From an uncultured Gemmatimonadaceae bacterium (GTDB lineage: Bacteria > Gemmatimonadota > Gemmatimonadetes > Gemmatimonadales > Gemmatimonadaceae): 64,000 nucleotides of DNA. The notes beneath the pieces are model-generated. The model ran no database searches, had not been told where the DNA came from, and saw only the letters and a list, made by a program, of their open reading frames with translations. The translations under genes were made by a program, and so were the position numbers. The DNA lies in NCBI GenBank assembly GCA_963716745.1, contig OY970320.1, forward strand, positions 2,688,001-2,752,000, in the 5' to 3' direction. Shown here piece by piece: positions 42,379 through 54,478 of this stretch (position 1 is the stretch's first letter; every line of letters begins with the position of its first letter).

Positions 42379-42662
42379 GGCGTGAGTCGCACCCCGCACG
42401 CCGTGACTCGCACCCCGAACGTCGTGAGTACCAAGTCGTGCGTCGAACTGACTTTGGGGCGTCATTGGTAACCCGATCGCCGTGAGTCGAGGCCCGCACT
42501 CCGTCCGTCGTGAGTCACTCACGGTGTTCGGGGCGCGACTCACGCTGTTGGTGGTCCACGACGCATGACTCGGTACTCACGCCGTCAGTGGTCCACGACG
42601 CACGACTCGTCACTCACGGCGTTCGGGGTACGAGTCACGGCGTGCGGGGTGCGACTCACGCC
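42379..42662. repeat. 284-bp palindromic element with ~43-bp terminal inverted repeats (MITE/REPIN-like), related to 10267-10479
   Basis: TIR GGCGTGAGTCGCACCCCGCACGCCGTGACTCGCACCCCGAACG matches the 3' end with one mismatch. Internal CGTGAGTACCAAGTCGTGCGT and inverted ...GACTCGGTACTCACGCC units are shared with the 10.3-kb array. Confidence 0.9.
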
Positions 42663-42663
42663 C

Positions 42664-44120
42664 TTAGGCCGTTGCCCCAATATCCACGCGGATCCCTCGC
42701 CATTTCCCCTGCCGAAACCTGATCATGCTCAGCGCGCATCGCGTCGCATGCCCCGTGAGTATCGCCAGCCAAATGTTCATCGGCTGTAACGTGCCCGTAT
42801 GCTGGATCACGAAGCAGATCCCGAGTGGCACCGCCACTTGCGAGATGATCGAGATGTAAAGCGGGCTGCGCGTGTCGCCCGTGCCCTGCAATCCGCCCGT
42901 GTATGTGAGCGCGACGGCGATGAACAATCCCGACACGCTGAGCACGCGCAGCAGCTGCGTGCCGATCGCGACGACGTCCGGCGAGTTGAGGCCGAATATC
43001 GCGAGCAGCTGTGCCGGGAAGAAGTAGAAGAACAGTCCGAGGAACGACGCGCCGGCGAGCGCGATGCGGGCTGCGACGTGCACGGCGTGCTCCGCGCGGT
43101 CGGGATTGCCGGCGCCCAGGTTCTGCCCCGCGACGGCGGCCGCGGCGCCCATCAGTCCCGACGGAGGTCCACGTCACGAGCGAGAACAGCTCCGAGTACG
43201 ACACCGCGAACGCCGCCTGAGACGCGGCGCTCTGCGCGAGCGAACCGATGTACGACAGCATGAACACGCCGCCGATGTTCATCGCGATCCCCTGGATGCC
43301 GGTGGGCAATCCGAACCGGAAGAGCGACCGGATGATGTCCCAGTCGGGCGCGAAGCCGCTCTTCCGCGGGAATGACACCACCCAGCCGCCCGTCCATAGC
43401 TTGTACAGCGCGTACAGCGCGACGAGCCAACTCGACGTGCACGTGCCGATCGCCGCGCCCATGGTGCCGAACGCGGGGATCGGTCCCATGCCCGCGGATG
43501 AGAATCACGTTGAGGCCGATGTTGAGCGCCGTCATCACGATGCCGAGCACCATCGGCGTGCGCGCGTCGCCGGCGGAGCGCAGCGCCACGCCGAGCATGA
43601 AGAAGATCAGCATGCCCGTGCTGAACGAGAACATGATGCGCAGGAACGGGAGCGCCTGCGCCTTCACCGCGGGCGCGGCGTTCACGAGGTCCAGCAGCCA
43701 AGGCGACGCGAAATAACCAACCGGCGCCATGATCACGAGCGAGATCATCACCGCCGTGAGGAACGCCTGGTACACCGTGCGGTCCACCTTGTCGACGGCG
43801 CCCGCGCCGGCGAAGCGCGAGACGAGCACGCTCATGCCCGTGAAGAGCGACGAGATGAACACGATCACGACGAGGAAGATCTGCCAGGAGACGCCGATGG
43901 CCGCGTTGCCCGCGAAGCCCACGTAATGGCCGACCATGATGTGGTCGATGATCCCCTGCAGTCCGCCGATGATGTTCTGGATCATCGTCGGCCACGCGAT
44001 CTTCCACACCGCGCTCGGCAGCGGCCCCTCGACGATGGAGCGGTCGTACTTCCGCGCCACCGGTGGCGCGGGCGGCAGCTCCGTCACATCGAGATCGGCG
44101 GCGGGTGTGGGGTCGGCCAT
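42664..44120 (-). CDS. MATE-family efflux transporter, two frameshifts
   Basis: KIAWPTM, GNAAIGVS, LRSAGDARTPM, NIGLN, GQNLGAG and LQGTGDTRSPL. Confidence 0.9.
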
Positions 44121-44136
44121 GCGGTGAACTATAGCG

Positions 44137-44241
44137 GCGCGGGACGCGGAACGTGGGATGCGGCGCGGGGCGCGAGAACGAATGGAGACGTCCCATTAGT
44201 TGTCGCATCCCGCGGCGCATCCCGCGTGCCGCGTCCCGCGC
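44137..44241. repeat. ~105-nt imperfect hairpin built from GCGGGAY-like heptamers, downstream of gyrB
   Basis: 49-nt arms GCGCGGGACGCGGAACGTGGGATGCGG...AATGG and CCATT...GCATCCCGCGTGCCGCGTCCCGCGC, with a short loop. Confidence 0.8.
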
Positions 44242-44244
44242 AGT

Positions 44245-46281
<2,037 letters not shown>

Positions 46282-46285
46282 CGGC

Positions 46286-46594
46286 TTAGCGCATCAATTG
46301 CCAGTGGATGCGAGCGATCCGCGTGCGGCCTTCTTTCGCGTTCAACGCGGAGAGCAATTGCGGCTCCATCAATGACAGCTCGTTCATCCATGCGTTGGTG
46401 CGCACGGCCACGAACAGCGTGCCATCGCGCGCGATGTGATGCGGATCGGTGACCGCCGCGATCTGCTTTCCCACGAGCGCCGGCCACTCGGGAATGATCC
46501 CGGCTTGCTCGACGCGCGCCGCGAGCCCGGCGGTGCCCAAGAACTTCGCGAGCGTCTCGCCCACACGCTGCGGCTTTCCCTTGCGGTCGCTCAT
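46286..46594 (-). CDS. dciA: DUF721 / DciA replicative helicase loader-like protein
   Basis: WPALVGKQIAAVT...GTLFVAVRTNAWMNELSL, in the canonical position between recF and gyrB. Confidence 0.85.
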   Translation of the reverse strand: MSDRKGKPQRVGETLAKFLGTAGLAARVEQAGIIPEWPALVGKQIAAVTDPHHIARDGTLFVAVRTNAWMNELSLMEPQLLSALNAKEGRTRIARIHWQLMR

Positions 46595-47751
46595 GCGCGC
46601 TCCGGCGAGAGCACGCCGTCGGTGACGCGCCAGCGTTCCAGGCGCGTGAGGCCCGGCGGAATGTCGGTGGCGCGCGGCACGGCGAGCAGCGTCTGTCCGC
46701 GCCCCTCGGCGCCGAGCAGCTCGAGGATGCGTGACGCGCGATGCGCATCGAGCTCGGCGAAGGGATCGTCGAGCAGCACGAGCGGTTCGCTCGCGTCGGC
46801 GTCGCGCAGCGTCGCGCTCTCGAGCAGACGCAACACGATGGCGGCGGTGCGGTGCTGGCCCGCGGAGCCGAAGGAGCGCAGGTCGCGGCCGCCGAGATCG
46901 AGCGCGAGGTCGTCGCGATGCGGGCCCACGGTGGTGATCCCGCGCCGCAGATCCAGGGCGCGCGAGCGCGCGAGCGCCGCGGCGATCGCATGCGCATCGC
47001 CCGCGCCGGCCTCGAGCGGCGATGCATAGCGCATCGCGGCCGCGCCGCGCTCGCCGATAGCGGCGCACAGTTCGCCGTAGCGCGCGGCGTGCGCTTCCAC
47101 CCAGGCGCGCCGCGCCGCGCCGAGGATGGCGCCATGTTCGGCGAGCGCCGGCTCCCACGCAGCGGCGCGAGCGTCCGCGTGCGCCGTCGCACTGCGCGGG
47201 GCGCGCAACGCGGCGTTGCGCTGCGCCAGCGCCGCGCGGTAGGTCGTGAGCGCCGCGAGATACGGCGGCGACGTGAGCGCGAGCGTCACGTCGAGATAGC
47301 GGCGCCGCAGCGCCGGTGCGCCGGCCACGATCTCGCCGTCGGCGGGGGAGAACATCACGGCGGGGAAGGCGCCGAGCGCACCGGCGAGCTTCGGCGCGTC
47401 GCTGCCGTCGATCGCCACGCGCTTGCGCCGCGTCGGCGCATCGAAACCCACCTCCACCGAGCGGGCGCGCGCACCGTGAAGCTCGGCGTCGAGATGGAAT
47501 CCCGGGCCGCCGAACATCGCGAGCTCGCTGTCGCGCGCGCCGCGCACGGAGCGAAGCAGGCGCAGATAATACACGGCCTCGAGGAGATTCGTCTTCCCGT
47601 GTCCGTTGTCGCCGATCACGACGAGCCCGTCGGGCGGCGGTGCGATCGTCACGCGCGCCAGGTTCCGGAAATCGCGGATCGCGAGGCGATGCAGCCACGC
47701 GGTGTTCGCGGCGTCCGCGCGATGCGGCGCCGCGGAGGCGGTGCGGGTCAC
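46591..47751 (-). CDS. recF: DNA replication/repair protein RecF
   Basis: DFRNL, GDNGHGKTNLLEAVY, RRRYLD, GPHRDDL, SAGQHR and LLDDPFAELD. Confidence 0.95.
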   Translation of the reverse strand: MTRTASAAPHRADAANTAWLHRLAIRDFRNLARVTIAPPPDGLVVIGDNGHGKTNLLEAVYYLRLLRSVRGARDSELAMFGGPGFHLDAELHGARARSVEVGFDAPTRRKRVAIDGSDAPKLAGALGAFPAVMFSPADGEIVAGAPALRRRYLDVTLALTSPPYLAALTTYRAALAQRNAALRAPRSATAHADARAAAWEPALAEHGAILGAARRAWVEAHAARYGELCAAIGERGAAAMRYASPLEAGAGDAHAIAAALARSRALDLRRGITTVGPHRDDLALDLGGRDLRSFGSAGQHRTAAIVLRLLESATLRDADASEPLVLLDDPFAELDAHRASRILELLGAEGRGQTLLAVPRATDIPPGLTRLERWRVTDGVLSPERA

Positions 47752-48530
47752 TTGCCGGTGAAGCGGGCCGGCCGCTTCTCGAGGAACGCCTGCATCCCCT
47801 CGCGCATGTCGTGCGTGGACGCGAGCAGTCCGAAGTGATTCGCCTCGATCATCAGGCCATCGTCGAGCGTGCCATCGAGCCCGCGGTTCACGGCTTCGAT
47901 GCAGAGTGCCACCGCCAGCGGTCCCTGGGCGAGGATCTGGCGCAGCATCGCTTCGGCCGCCGCGAGCAGTTCGTTGGGCGCGGTCACCTTGTTCACGAGG
48001 CCGATGCGATAGGCCTCCGCGGCATCGATCATTTCGCCCGTGAGGATCAGCTGCAGCGCGCGCCCTTTGCCTACGATGCGCGGCAGGCGCTGCGTGCCGC
48101 CATAGCCTGGACCGATCCCGAGCTTCACTTCGGGCAGCGCGAACTTCGCACTCTCGGAGGCGATGCGAATGTGGCACGCGAGCGCGAGTTCGCATCCGCC
48201 GCCGAGCGCGAATCCGTTCACCGCCGCGATCACCGGCTTGGGCGAGCGCTCGATACGCGACAGCACCGCCTGGCCCGCGAGCGCGCGCGCGCGGCCATCG
48301 AACGGTCCCTGCGTCGCCAGCTCCGCGATGTCCGCGCCCGCGACGAACGCGCGCGAGCCCGAGCCCGTGACGATCGCGCCGCCGATGTCATCGCGCGCGA
48401 GCACCTCCCCGATGGCGCGATCGAGTTCCGCGATCGTCGCGTCGTTCAGCGCATTGAGCTTGTCGGGGCGGTTGACCGTCACCGTCGCGACGCGGTCGCG
48501 GACGTCGAAGGTGAGTGCGGTGTAGGACAT
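47748..48530 (-). CDS. Enoyl-CoA hydratase/crotonase
   Basis: NRPDKLNAL, FVAGADI, KPVIAAVNGFALGGGCELAL, PEVKLG and GTQRLPR. Confidence 0.94.
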   Translation of the reverse strand: MSYTALTFDVRDRVATVTVNRPDKLNALNDATIAELDRAIGEVLARDDIGGAIVTGSGSRAFVAGADIAELATQGPFDGRARALAGQAVLSRIERSPKPVIAAVNGFALGGGCELALACHIRIASESAKFALPEVKLGIGPGYGGTQRLPRIVGKGRALQLILTGEMIDAAEAYRIGLVNKVTAPNELLAAAEAMLRQILAQGPLAVALCIEAVNRGLDGTLDDGLMIEANHFGLLASTHDMREGMQAFLEKRPARFTGK

Positions 48531-48630
48531 GATCGGCGCTCTGGCCAAGGGGGAACGCGTGCGGGCCGGAGAAGAATCTAACCGCCGCCGCGCGCTCCCG
48601 CCGCACGCCGCGGCGCGATACGTTATGCCC

Positions 48631-50124
48631 ATGCCGCCCATCGGACAGGTGCTCGCGATCGACGAAGGCACCACCGGCTGCACCGCGCTCATGGTGGCCG
48701 CCGACGGGCGCGTCACCGGACGCGGATACCGCGAGATCGCGCAATTCTATCCGCAGCCCGGTTGGGTGGAGCACGATCCGGTCGACATCCTCGATCGCAC
48801 GCTCGAGGCGGCGCGCGATGCGGTCGCGCAGTCGGGCGCGGCGCCCGTTGCGATCGGCATCACGAACCAGCGCGAGACGGTTGTGCTCTGGGAGCGCGCG
48901 ACCGGCAAGCCGGTGGCACGCGCGATCGTGTGGCAGGACCGCCGCACCGCCGCGCGCTGCATCGAACTCGCGCCGCGCGCCGCCGAGATCGCGCAGCGCA
49001 CCGGTCTCGTGCTCGATCCGTACTTCTCAGCCACGAAGCTCGAATGGCTCCTCGCGCGCGATGGCCTGGCCGCACGCGCCGCGCGCGGCGAACTCGCGTT
49101 CGGCACGATCGACTCGTGGCTCATCTGGCAACTCACCGGCGGCCGCGTTCACGCCACTGATTTCACCAACGCGTCGCGCACGATGCTGTTCGACATCGAG
49201 CGCCGAGCCTGGAGCCCGGAGCTCGGCAAACTCTTCGGCGTGCCGTCGTCGCTCCTGCCGGAGGTGCGCGCGTCTGCCGGCGACTTCGGCGCCGCGAACG
49301 GCGCACTCTTCGGCGTGACCGGTACGATCCCCATTCGCGGCGTCGCGGGCGACCAACAGGCCGCGCTCTTCGGACAGGGATGCTGGCGCGCCGGAGAGGG
49401 GAAGAACACGTACGGCACCGGTGCATTCCTTTTGATGAACGCGGGGACGCGGCGCCCCGAGGGCGGAGCCGGTCTCCTCACGACGCTCGCGTGCGATGCG
49501 GCGGGCCACCCGGTGTTCGCGCTCGAAGCATCCATATTCATCGCCGGCGCCGCGGTGCAATGGCTGCGCGATGGACTCGGCCTCGTATCCAACGCGCGGG
49601 AGACGGAGGCGCTCGCGCGATCGCTCGCGTCGAACGACGGCGTGTACTTCGTGCCCGCGCTCTCGGGTCTCGGCGCGCCGCACTGGGAATCGGCGGCGCG
49701 CGGCACGATCGTGGGGCTCACGCGCGGCACCACGCGCGCGCACTTCGCGCGGGCCGCCCTCGAGGCGATGGCCTTCGGCACATCGGAAGTGCTCACCGTG
49801 ATGCGCGAGCGCAGCGGCGCGGCGTTCGATGTCTTGCGCGTGGATGGCGGCGCGAGCGCGAACGGATGGTTGATGCAATTCCAGGCCGACGTGCTCGGCG
49901 TGCCGGTGGAGCGCGCGCACATCGTGGAGTCCACGGCGTTGGGCGCCGCCGGGCTCGCCGGCGTCGCGGCCGGTGTGTGGCCCGATGCGGCGGCATTCCT
50001 CGCGACGCGGCGGTTCGATCGATTCGTGCCGGGGGAGGGCGCGGCGGCCGCTCAGGCTTCGGTGGCAGGGTGGGGCCGGGCGGTGCGCGCGGCACTGTCC
50101 TGGGCGCGGGACGGCGCTCCGTGA
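48631..50124 (+). CDS. glpK: Glycerol kinase
   Basis: LAIDEGTTG, GITNQRET, WQDRRT, DPYFSATK, GDQQAALFG, KNTYGTG and RVDGG. Confidence 0.96.
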   Translation: MPPIGQVLAIDEGTTGCTALMVAADGRVTGRGYREIAQFYPQPGWVEHDPVDILDRTLEAARDAVAQSGAAPVAIGITNQRETVVLWERATGKPVARAIVWQDRRTAARCIELAPRAAEIAQRTGLVLDPYFSATKLEWLLARDGLAARAARGELAFGTIDSWLIWQLTGGRVHATDFTNASRTMLFDIERRAWSPELGKLFGVPSSLLPEVRASAGDFGAANGALFGVTGTIPIRGVAGDQQAALFGQGCWRAGEGKNTYGTGAFLLMNAGTRRPEGGAGLLTTLACDAAGHPVFALEASIFIAGAAVQWLRDGLGLVSNARETEALARSLASNDGVYFVPALSGLGAPHWESAARGTIVGLTRGTTRAHFARAALEAMAFGTSEVLTVMRERSGAAFDVLRVDGGASANGWLMQFQADVLGVPVERAHIVESTALGAAGLAGVAAGVWPDAAAFLATRRFDRFVPGEGAAAAQASVAGWGRAVRAALSWARDGAP

Positions 50125-50233
50125 CGCCGCCCGCCGCGTTCTCGTCGTTCAGCGGTGCCTCTTGCCGCCTTTCCTTCGGGCATGGCGCCGGCCGGCGAGG
50201 TTGCTGGCCACTCGAACCGGGACCGCACTACGC

Positions 50234-50479
50234 ATGGCTGAATCCACGAGGAAAGCTCCTGCGTCGAAGGAACCGACCACCGACCGGCGCATCGCCGCGG
50301 ACCGCCGTTCCAATGAAGTGTTGCGCACGCTCGTGGGCGAAATGCTCGAGCGCGTTCGCGATCTCAGCCGCCGCACCGCGGCGTGGAGCCCCGAAGAGCG
50401 GGCGCAGGCGGAGGCCGAGCTCGAGGCTATTATGGCCAGCGTGCGCCGTGAGGCCACGAGCGAGCGCGATCACTCGTAG
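50234..50479 (+). CDS. Small hypothetical helical protein (81 aa)
   Basis: MAESTRKAPASK...DRRIAADRRSNEVLRTLVGEMLERVRDL..., with plausible codon usage in an intergenic gap. Confidence 0.55.
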   Translation: MAESTRKAPASKEPTTDRRIAADRRSNEVLRTLVGEMLERVRDLSRRTAAWSPEERAQAEAELEAIMASVRREATSERDHS

Positions 50480-50506
50480 TCATTCGACCGTGCAGGACGG
50501 GCGCCA

Positions 50507-51706
50507 ATGACGGCGGCCGGAGAACTCGCGCTGTGGGCCGCGCTCCTGATCGCGGCGTGGGGCTCGGTCGCTGGATCCGCACTGCTCGCCGCGCCAGGCC
50601 GCGCGGGAGGGTCCGGATTCGCTGAGAGTTCGCGGCGCGCGCTGTGGGCCGCCGCACTCCTGCTCGCTGTCGCCGTCGCCGGCGTCGTTGCCATGCTCCT
50701 GGCGCCGGACCCCGCGTTCGCGTTCGCCGCCTCCTCCGTCACCACGCGCATGCCCGCGCTCTATCGGCTGGCCGCCATCGTGACCCGCGTGCGCGGTGAG
50801 TTGCTCGTGCTGGCGGCGCTCAGCGCGCTGCTCGGCGCGTTCGCGATGCGGGGCGCGCGCAACACGGTGCTGTGCGCCGTGGTGCTGGCGCTCGCCGCGT
50901 TGCCGCTCATCGTCGGCGCGAATCCCTATGCGCGCGCCGCCGGCGCAGGCGCGATGATCGTGCCGTCGTGGGAGCTGCCCTATACGCCATTCGCGCGCGT
51001 TGCCCTTCTCCTGGTCCTCGCGATCGCGATCGTCGCCGCTTCTCTCAGCGCGAACGGACGCGCCGCGCGCCGTTGGTGGATCGCGGCGTGGGGAACCGGT
51101 GCGCTCGCGCTCGTGATCTCAGTGCGGGCGGCGCTCACTGGAAAAGCATGGGACTGGTCCGACTGGATCGTGTGCGTCCTGTGGCTCGCGCTTGGCGTAT
51201 GGCTATTCCGTCGTCGCGCCGCGTCCCGGCTCGCCACGCGCCTCGCGCTCGCCGGCGCGCTCGTGGCGGTCGCCGCGCTCGCGGGATGGTTCCTTCGCGC
51301 CGAACATCGCATCGTGCTCGAAACGGCGGAGAGCGCGGAGTTGAACGATCCGTTCGGCTCGGAATGGCGCTTCACGAGTGAAGGGCTTTCCGTGTTCGAT
51401 GAACTCGATCGCCAAGCGGCCGTCGTGCTCGTAAGTGTGCGGCACGGCGCGCGCGTGCAGAAAGGGCGCGTGGAGTTGCGCCAATTCATCAATGAGGACG
51501 GCGCGCCCGTGGGTCGTGAGGTGCCGGTCGCCGCCTTCTTCCCGCGCTTCATCGTATCGTCCGTCGTGGCGTTCGCCGCGCCGCCCGACAATGGCAGCGT
51601 CACCCTCTTCGTGCGCTTCGTGCCGTTGTTCACATGGTGGTGGGCCGCAGCCGCATTGTTTGCTGCGAGCGCCGGAGTGCTCTTGAGGACAGAGCCCGCC
51701 GCATGA
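50507..51706 (+). CDS. Shortened, divergent CcmF/NrfE-like membrane protein
   Basis: N-terminus GELALWAAL...MPALYRLAAI, ANPY and C-terminus VRFVPLFTWWW resemble CcmF. The HPP and WGGWWFWD motifs are absent. Confidence 0.55.
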   Translation: MTAAGELALWAALLIAAWGSVAGSALLAAPGRAGGSGFAESSRRALWAAALLLAVAVAGVVAMLLAPDPAFAFAASSVTTRMPALYRLAAIVTRVRGELLVLAALSALLGAFAMRGARNTVLCAVVLALAALPLIVGANPYARAAGAGAMIVPSWELPYTPFARVALLLVLAIAIVAASLSANGRAARRWWIAAWGTGALALVISVRAALTGKAWDWSDWIVCVLWLALGVWLFRRRAASRLATRLALAGALVAVAALAGWFLRAEHRIVLETAESAELNDPFGSEWRFTSEGLSVFDELDRQAAVVLVSVRHGARVQKGRVELRQFINEDGAPVGREVPVAAFFPRFIVSSVVAFAAPPDNGSVTLFVRFVPLFTWWWAAAALFAASAGVLLRTEPAA

Positions 51707-51876
51707 TCGCGATCATCGCGGGATTCGTGATATCGCTCGGCGCCACACTATGGGTGCTGCAGCCCGTCATCGCGCACGCGCCGCGCGCCACATCGCGCAT
51801 TTGCCCGACCTGCGGTCCGCGCCCCGAGTCCGACGCGCGCTACTGCTCGAATTGTGGAGCGGCGCTTCCGGGCTAG
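51703..51876 (+). CDS. Small membrane-anchored zinc-ribbon protein
   Basis: N-terminal TM helix followed by CPTC...YCSNCG. ATGA overlap with the upstream gene. Confidence 0.75.
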   Translation: MIAIIAGFVISLGATLWVLQPVIAHAPRATSRICPTCGPRPESDARYCSNCGAALPG

Positions 51877-53639
51877 AGCTCGGTCGTCTCCAGCCGACGC
51901 AGCGCGACAGTGAGCGGCACGAACGTCGCGACGAGGCAGAGCAGCGCGGCCAGCCCGAACCCCCAGTACATCGAGACCGTGTCGAGCGGCTGGATGAGCG
52001 CCTTCGCGCGCAGATACCCCAGCACCGGCCGCGCCTCGAGCACCACGACGCTCGTCACCAGCAGCAGCGACAGGATCATGAACACGAGTCCGCCGAACGA
52101 CGTCGGGATCTGCGCGGCGTTCTCGGTCTCGTACTGCGGGAACACCGTGCCGAGCCCGAGCGCCAGGCCGGCCACCGCGAACGTGAGGAACGTGATCGAG
52201 AAGATCGACACGACGAAAATGAATTCTGTGACCTGCAGCAGCGCGTCGGTCACGCCCACGATCGCGAGTGCGATGATCAGCAGCGGCAGCGTGCCGGTCC
52301 AGAACTTCGCCCAGAGCAGTTGGCGCATCTGCAACGGGCTCGACTTGAGCAACCAGAGCGTGCGCCCCTCCATGCTCACCGCGGGGAAGATGAAGCGCGC
52401 GGCGATCGATGCGAGCACGAAGCCCGCGAGCCCGAGATTGCCCCATGGGATCACGTTCACGATGAGCAGCGTCATCCCATTCCCCGAGAGCGGCAGCAAC
52501 TTCACGTTGATCACGTACACCACCACCAGCACGGCGATCAGGATCAACTGCGACCACTGCGTGGGATCGCGGAAGAAGACGCGGACCTCTTTCAGCACGA
52601 GCTCCCGGCGGAGCGGACCGAACGGGTTCAGCACGCCCTGCATCGCCGTGCGGAGCCGCGTGCCGCGCACCCAGCGCTGCGCGCTCTCCTGCGCCTTGGA
52701 GAATCCCTCCGGGTACATGCGCCAGTGCACCAGCGCGCCGAGCACGAGCGCCGCGCCGGCCGTGGTCCAGAGCAGGTAGAAGGGCAGGGGATCGAAGCCT
52801 CCGTCGAGCCACGTCATCACGCCGCGCGCGCCCCATTCGCTCGGCAGATACGGCGACGAAGGCGTGCGCAGCAGCGCGATGAAGTCCACCAGGGAGCGCA
52901 CGCCCTCAGGCCGCGCGAGCAGCTCGGGACGCATCAGCCGGAAGAGCAGCACGACGCCGGCCGCCGACAGCACTGCCACCACGCTCAGGATGTCGCGCGT
53001 GCGGCGTGCCGGGAACGCGTTCACGAGCACGTTCGTGGTCGCCGCGCCGATCACCGCGGGGATGATCATGAACGGGATCCACACGGCGAACGCGATGAAC
53101 ACGAAGCTCCATCCGGCGCGGTACACGTAGCCGTACGCGCCGAAGATCGGGATGGCCATGCCGCTCACCATCCAGCTCGAATGGCCCATGCTCTCGGTGA
53201 GCTTCGCCGCGTATAGCGTGAGCCAGTCCACGGGCGCGGAGACGAGCAGGTCGAGGTCGCGCGCCAGGAAGAACGTCGAGAGCGACGTGATCACGTTGGA
53301 CAGCACGAGGATCATGAAGAAGCTGACGAAGGCGAGGCTCAGCAGCTTACCCGCGATGAGCGAACCGATCTCCGGCGTCTGTTTGAGCGCGAACAGCACC
53401 TTCACGCCCAGGAGCAGCACGAAGATCCAGAAGAGCAGTCCGATCGCGCCCACGATCGTCCAGCGCCATCCATGCGCCGCTTCGCCGCGGAGCATGCGCG
53501 CGCGCACGGTCTGCAGTTTGGGGCGCATGACCTGCACGAAGCTGGGGTGCGGGACCGCCGCGTCCGCCGCGTCATCGAGGAGCAGCGGATCGCCGAGCGC
53601 CTTCTGCACGGCGAGCCGCGTCGTTGAACGGCGGGGCAT
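51873..53639 (-). CDS. ABC-2-type exporter permease (large multi-TM)
   Basis: FFLARDLDLLVSAP, KEVRVFFRDP, SMEGRTLWLLKSSP and many TM helices. Follows an ABC ATPase. Confidence 0.85.
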   Translation of the reverse strand: MPRRSTTRLAVQKALGDPLLLDDAADAAVPHPSFVQVMRPKLQTVRARMLRGEAAHGWRWTIVGAIGLLFWIFVLLLGVKVLFALKQTPEIGSLIAGKLLSLAFVSFFMILVLSNVITSLSTFFLARDLDLLVSAPVDWLTLYAAKLTESMGHSSWMVSGMAIPIFGAYGYVYRAGWSFVFIAFAVWIPFMIIPAVIGAATTNVLVNAFPARRTRDILSVVAVLSAAGVVLLFRLMRPELLARPEGVRSLVDFIALLRTPSSPYLPSEWGARGVMTWLDGGFDPLPFYLLWTTAGAALVLGALVHWRMYPEGFSKAQESAQRWVRGTRLRTAMQGVLNPFGPLRRELVLKEVRVFFRDPTQWSQLILIAVLVVVYVINVKLLPLSGNGMTLLIVNVIPWGNLGLAGFVLASIAARFIFPAVSMEGRTLWLLKSSPLQMRQLLWAKFWTGTLPLLIIALAIVGVTDALLQVTEFIFVVSIFSITFLTFAVAGLALGLGTVFPQYETENAAQIPTSFGGLVFMILSLLLVTSVVVLEARPVLGYLRAKALIQPLDTVSMYWGFGLAALLCLVATFVPLTVALRRLETTEL

Positions 53640-53685
53640 CGTGATCTCCCGCTCGCTCGCACTCTCGCGCGGGCGGAAGGTCTCG

Positions 53686-54453
53686 TCAGGCATCCAGCAC
53701 CTCGACCGTCTCGCGCGCCGCGTTCTCGCCAGTGAGCCGCAGGAAGAGCTCCTCCAGTCCGCGCGCGCCCGCCTCCACGCTCGCGTACAGCTCACCCATC
53801 GTGCCGGCCGCGCGAATGCGTCCGCCGTGGATGATCGCGATGCGATCGCACACGCTCTCGGCCACCTCCATCGTGTGCGTCGACATCATGATCGTATTGC
53901 CCCGCCCCACGTACTCGCGGAACAGGTCCTTCAGGATGCGCGCGGCCTTCGGGTCGAGCCCGACCATCGGCTCGTCCACCACGATCACCTGCGGCCGGTG
54001 CAGGAACGCGCTCGAGATGATCAGCTTCTGCCGCATCCCGTGGCTGTAGCTCTCCACCAGCTCATCGCGCCACTCGAGCAGATCGAACAGCGCGAGCAGT
54101 TCGTGTGCGCGGCGCTCCACCACCTCGCCCGCCTGTCCATACAATCCCGCCACGAATCGCAGGAACTCGGCGCCCGTCAATTTCTCGTAGATGAACGGCC
54201 GGTCGGGGATGTAGCCCATCATCGCCTTCGCTTCCGCCGGCTGCGTCACGACATCGATGCCGTTGATCTTCACCGCGCCCGCGGTGGGCCGCAGGATCCC
54301 CGCGATCATGCGCAGCGTGGTGGTCTTCCCGGCGCCATTGGGCCCCAGGAAGCCGACGATCTGGCCGCGCGGCACATCGAGATCGATGTTGTCCACCGCG
54401 GTGAAGGAGCCATACTTCTTCGTGAGTCCCTTGATCTGGATCATCGATTCCAT
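53686..54453 (-). CDS. ABC transporter ATP-binding protein
   Basis: GPNGAGKTT, YSHGMRQK, VVDEPMVGLD and STH. Confidence 0.95.
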   Translation of the reverse strand: MESMIQIKGLTKKYGSFTAVDNIDLDVPRGQIVGFLGPNGAGKTTTLRMIAGILRPTAGAVKINGIDVVTQPAEAKAMMGYIPDRPFIYEKLTGAEFLRFVAGLYGQAGEVVERRAHELLALFDLLEWRDELVESYSHGMRQKLIISSAFLHRPQVIVVDEPMVGLDPKAARILKDLFREYVGRGNTIMMSTHTMEVAESVCDRIAIIHGGRIRAAGTMGELYASVEAGARGLEELFLRLTGENAARETVEVLDA

Positions 54454-54478
54454 CGGGGGTCCCGGCAGAGTGACGAGG

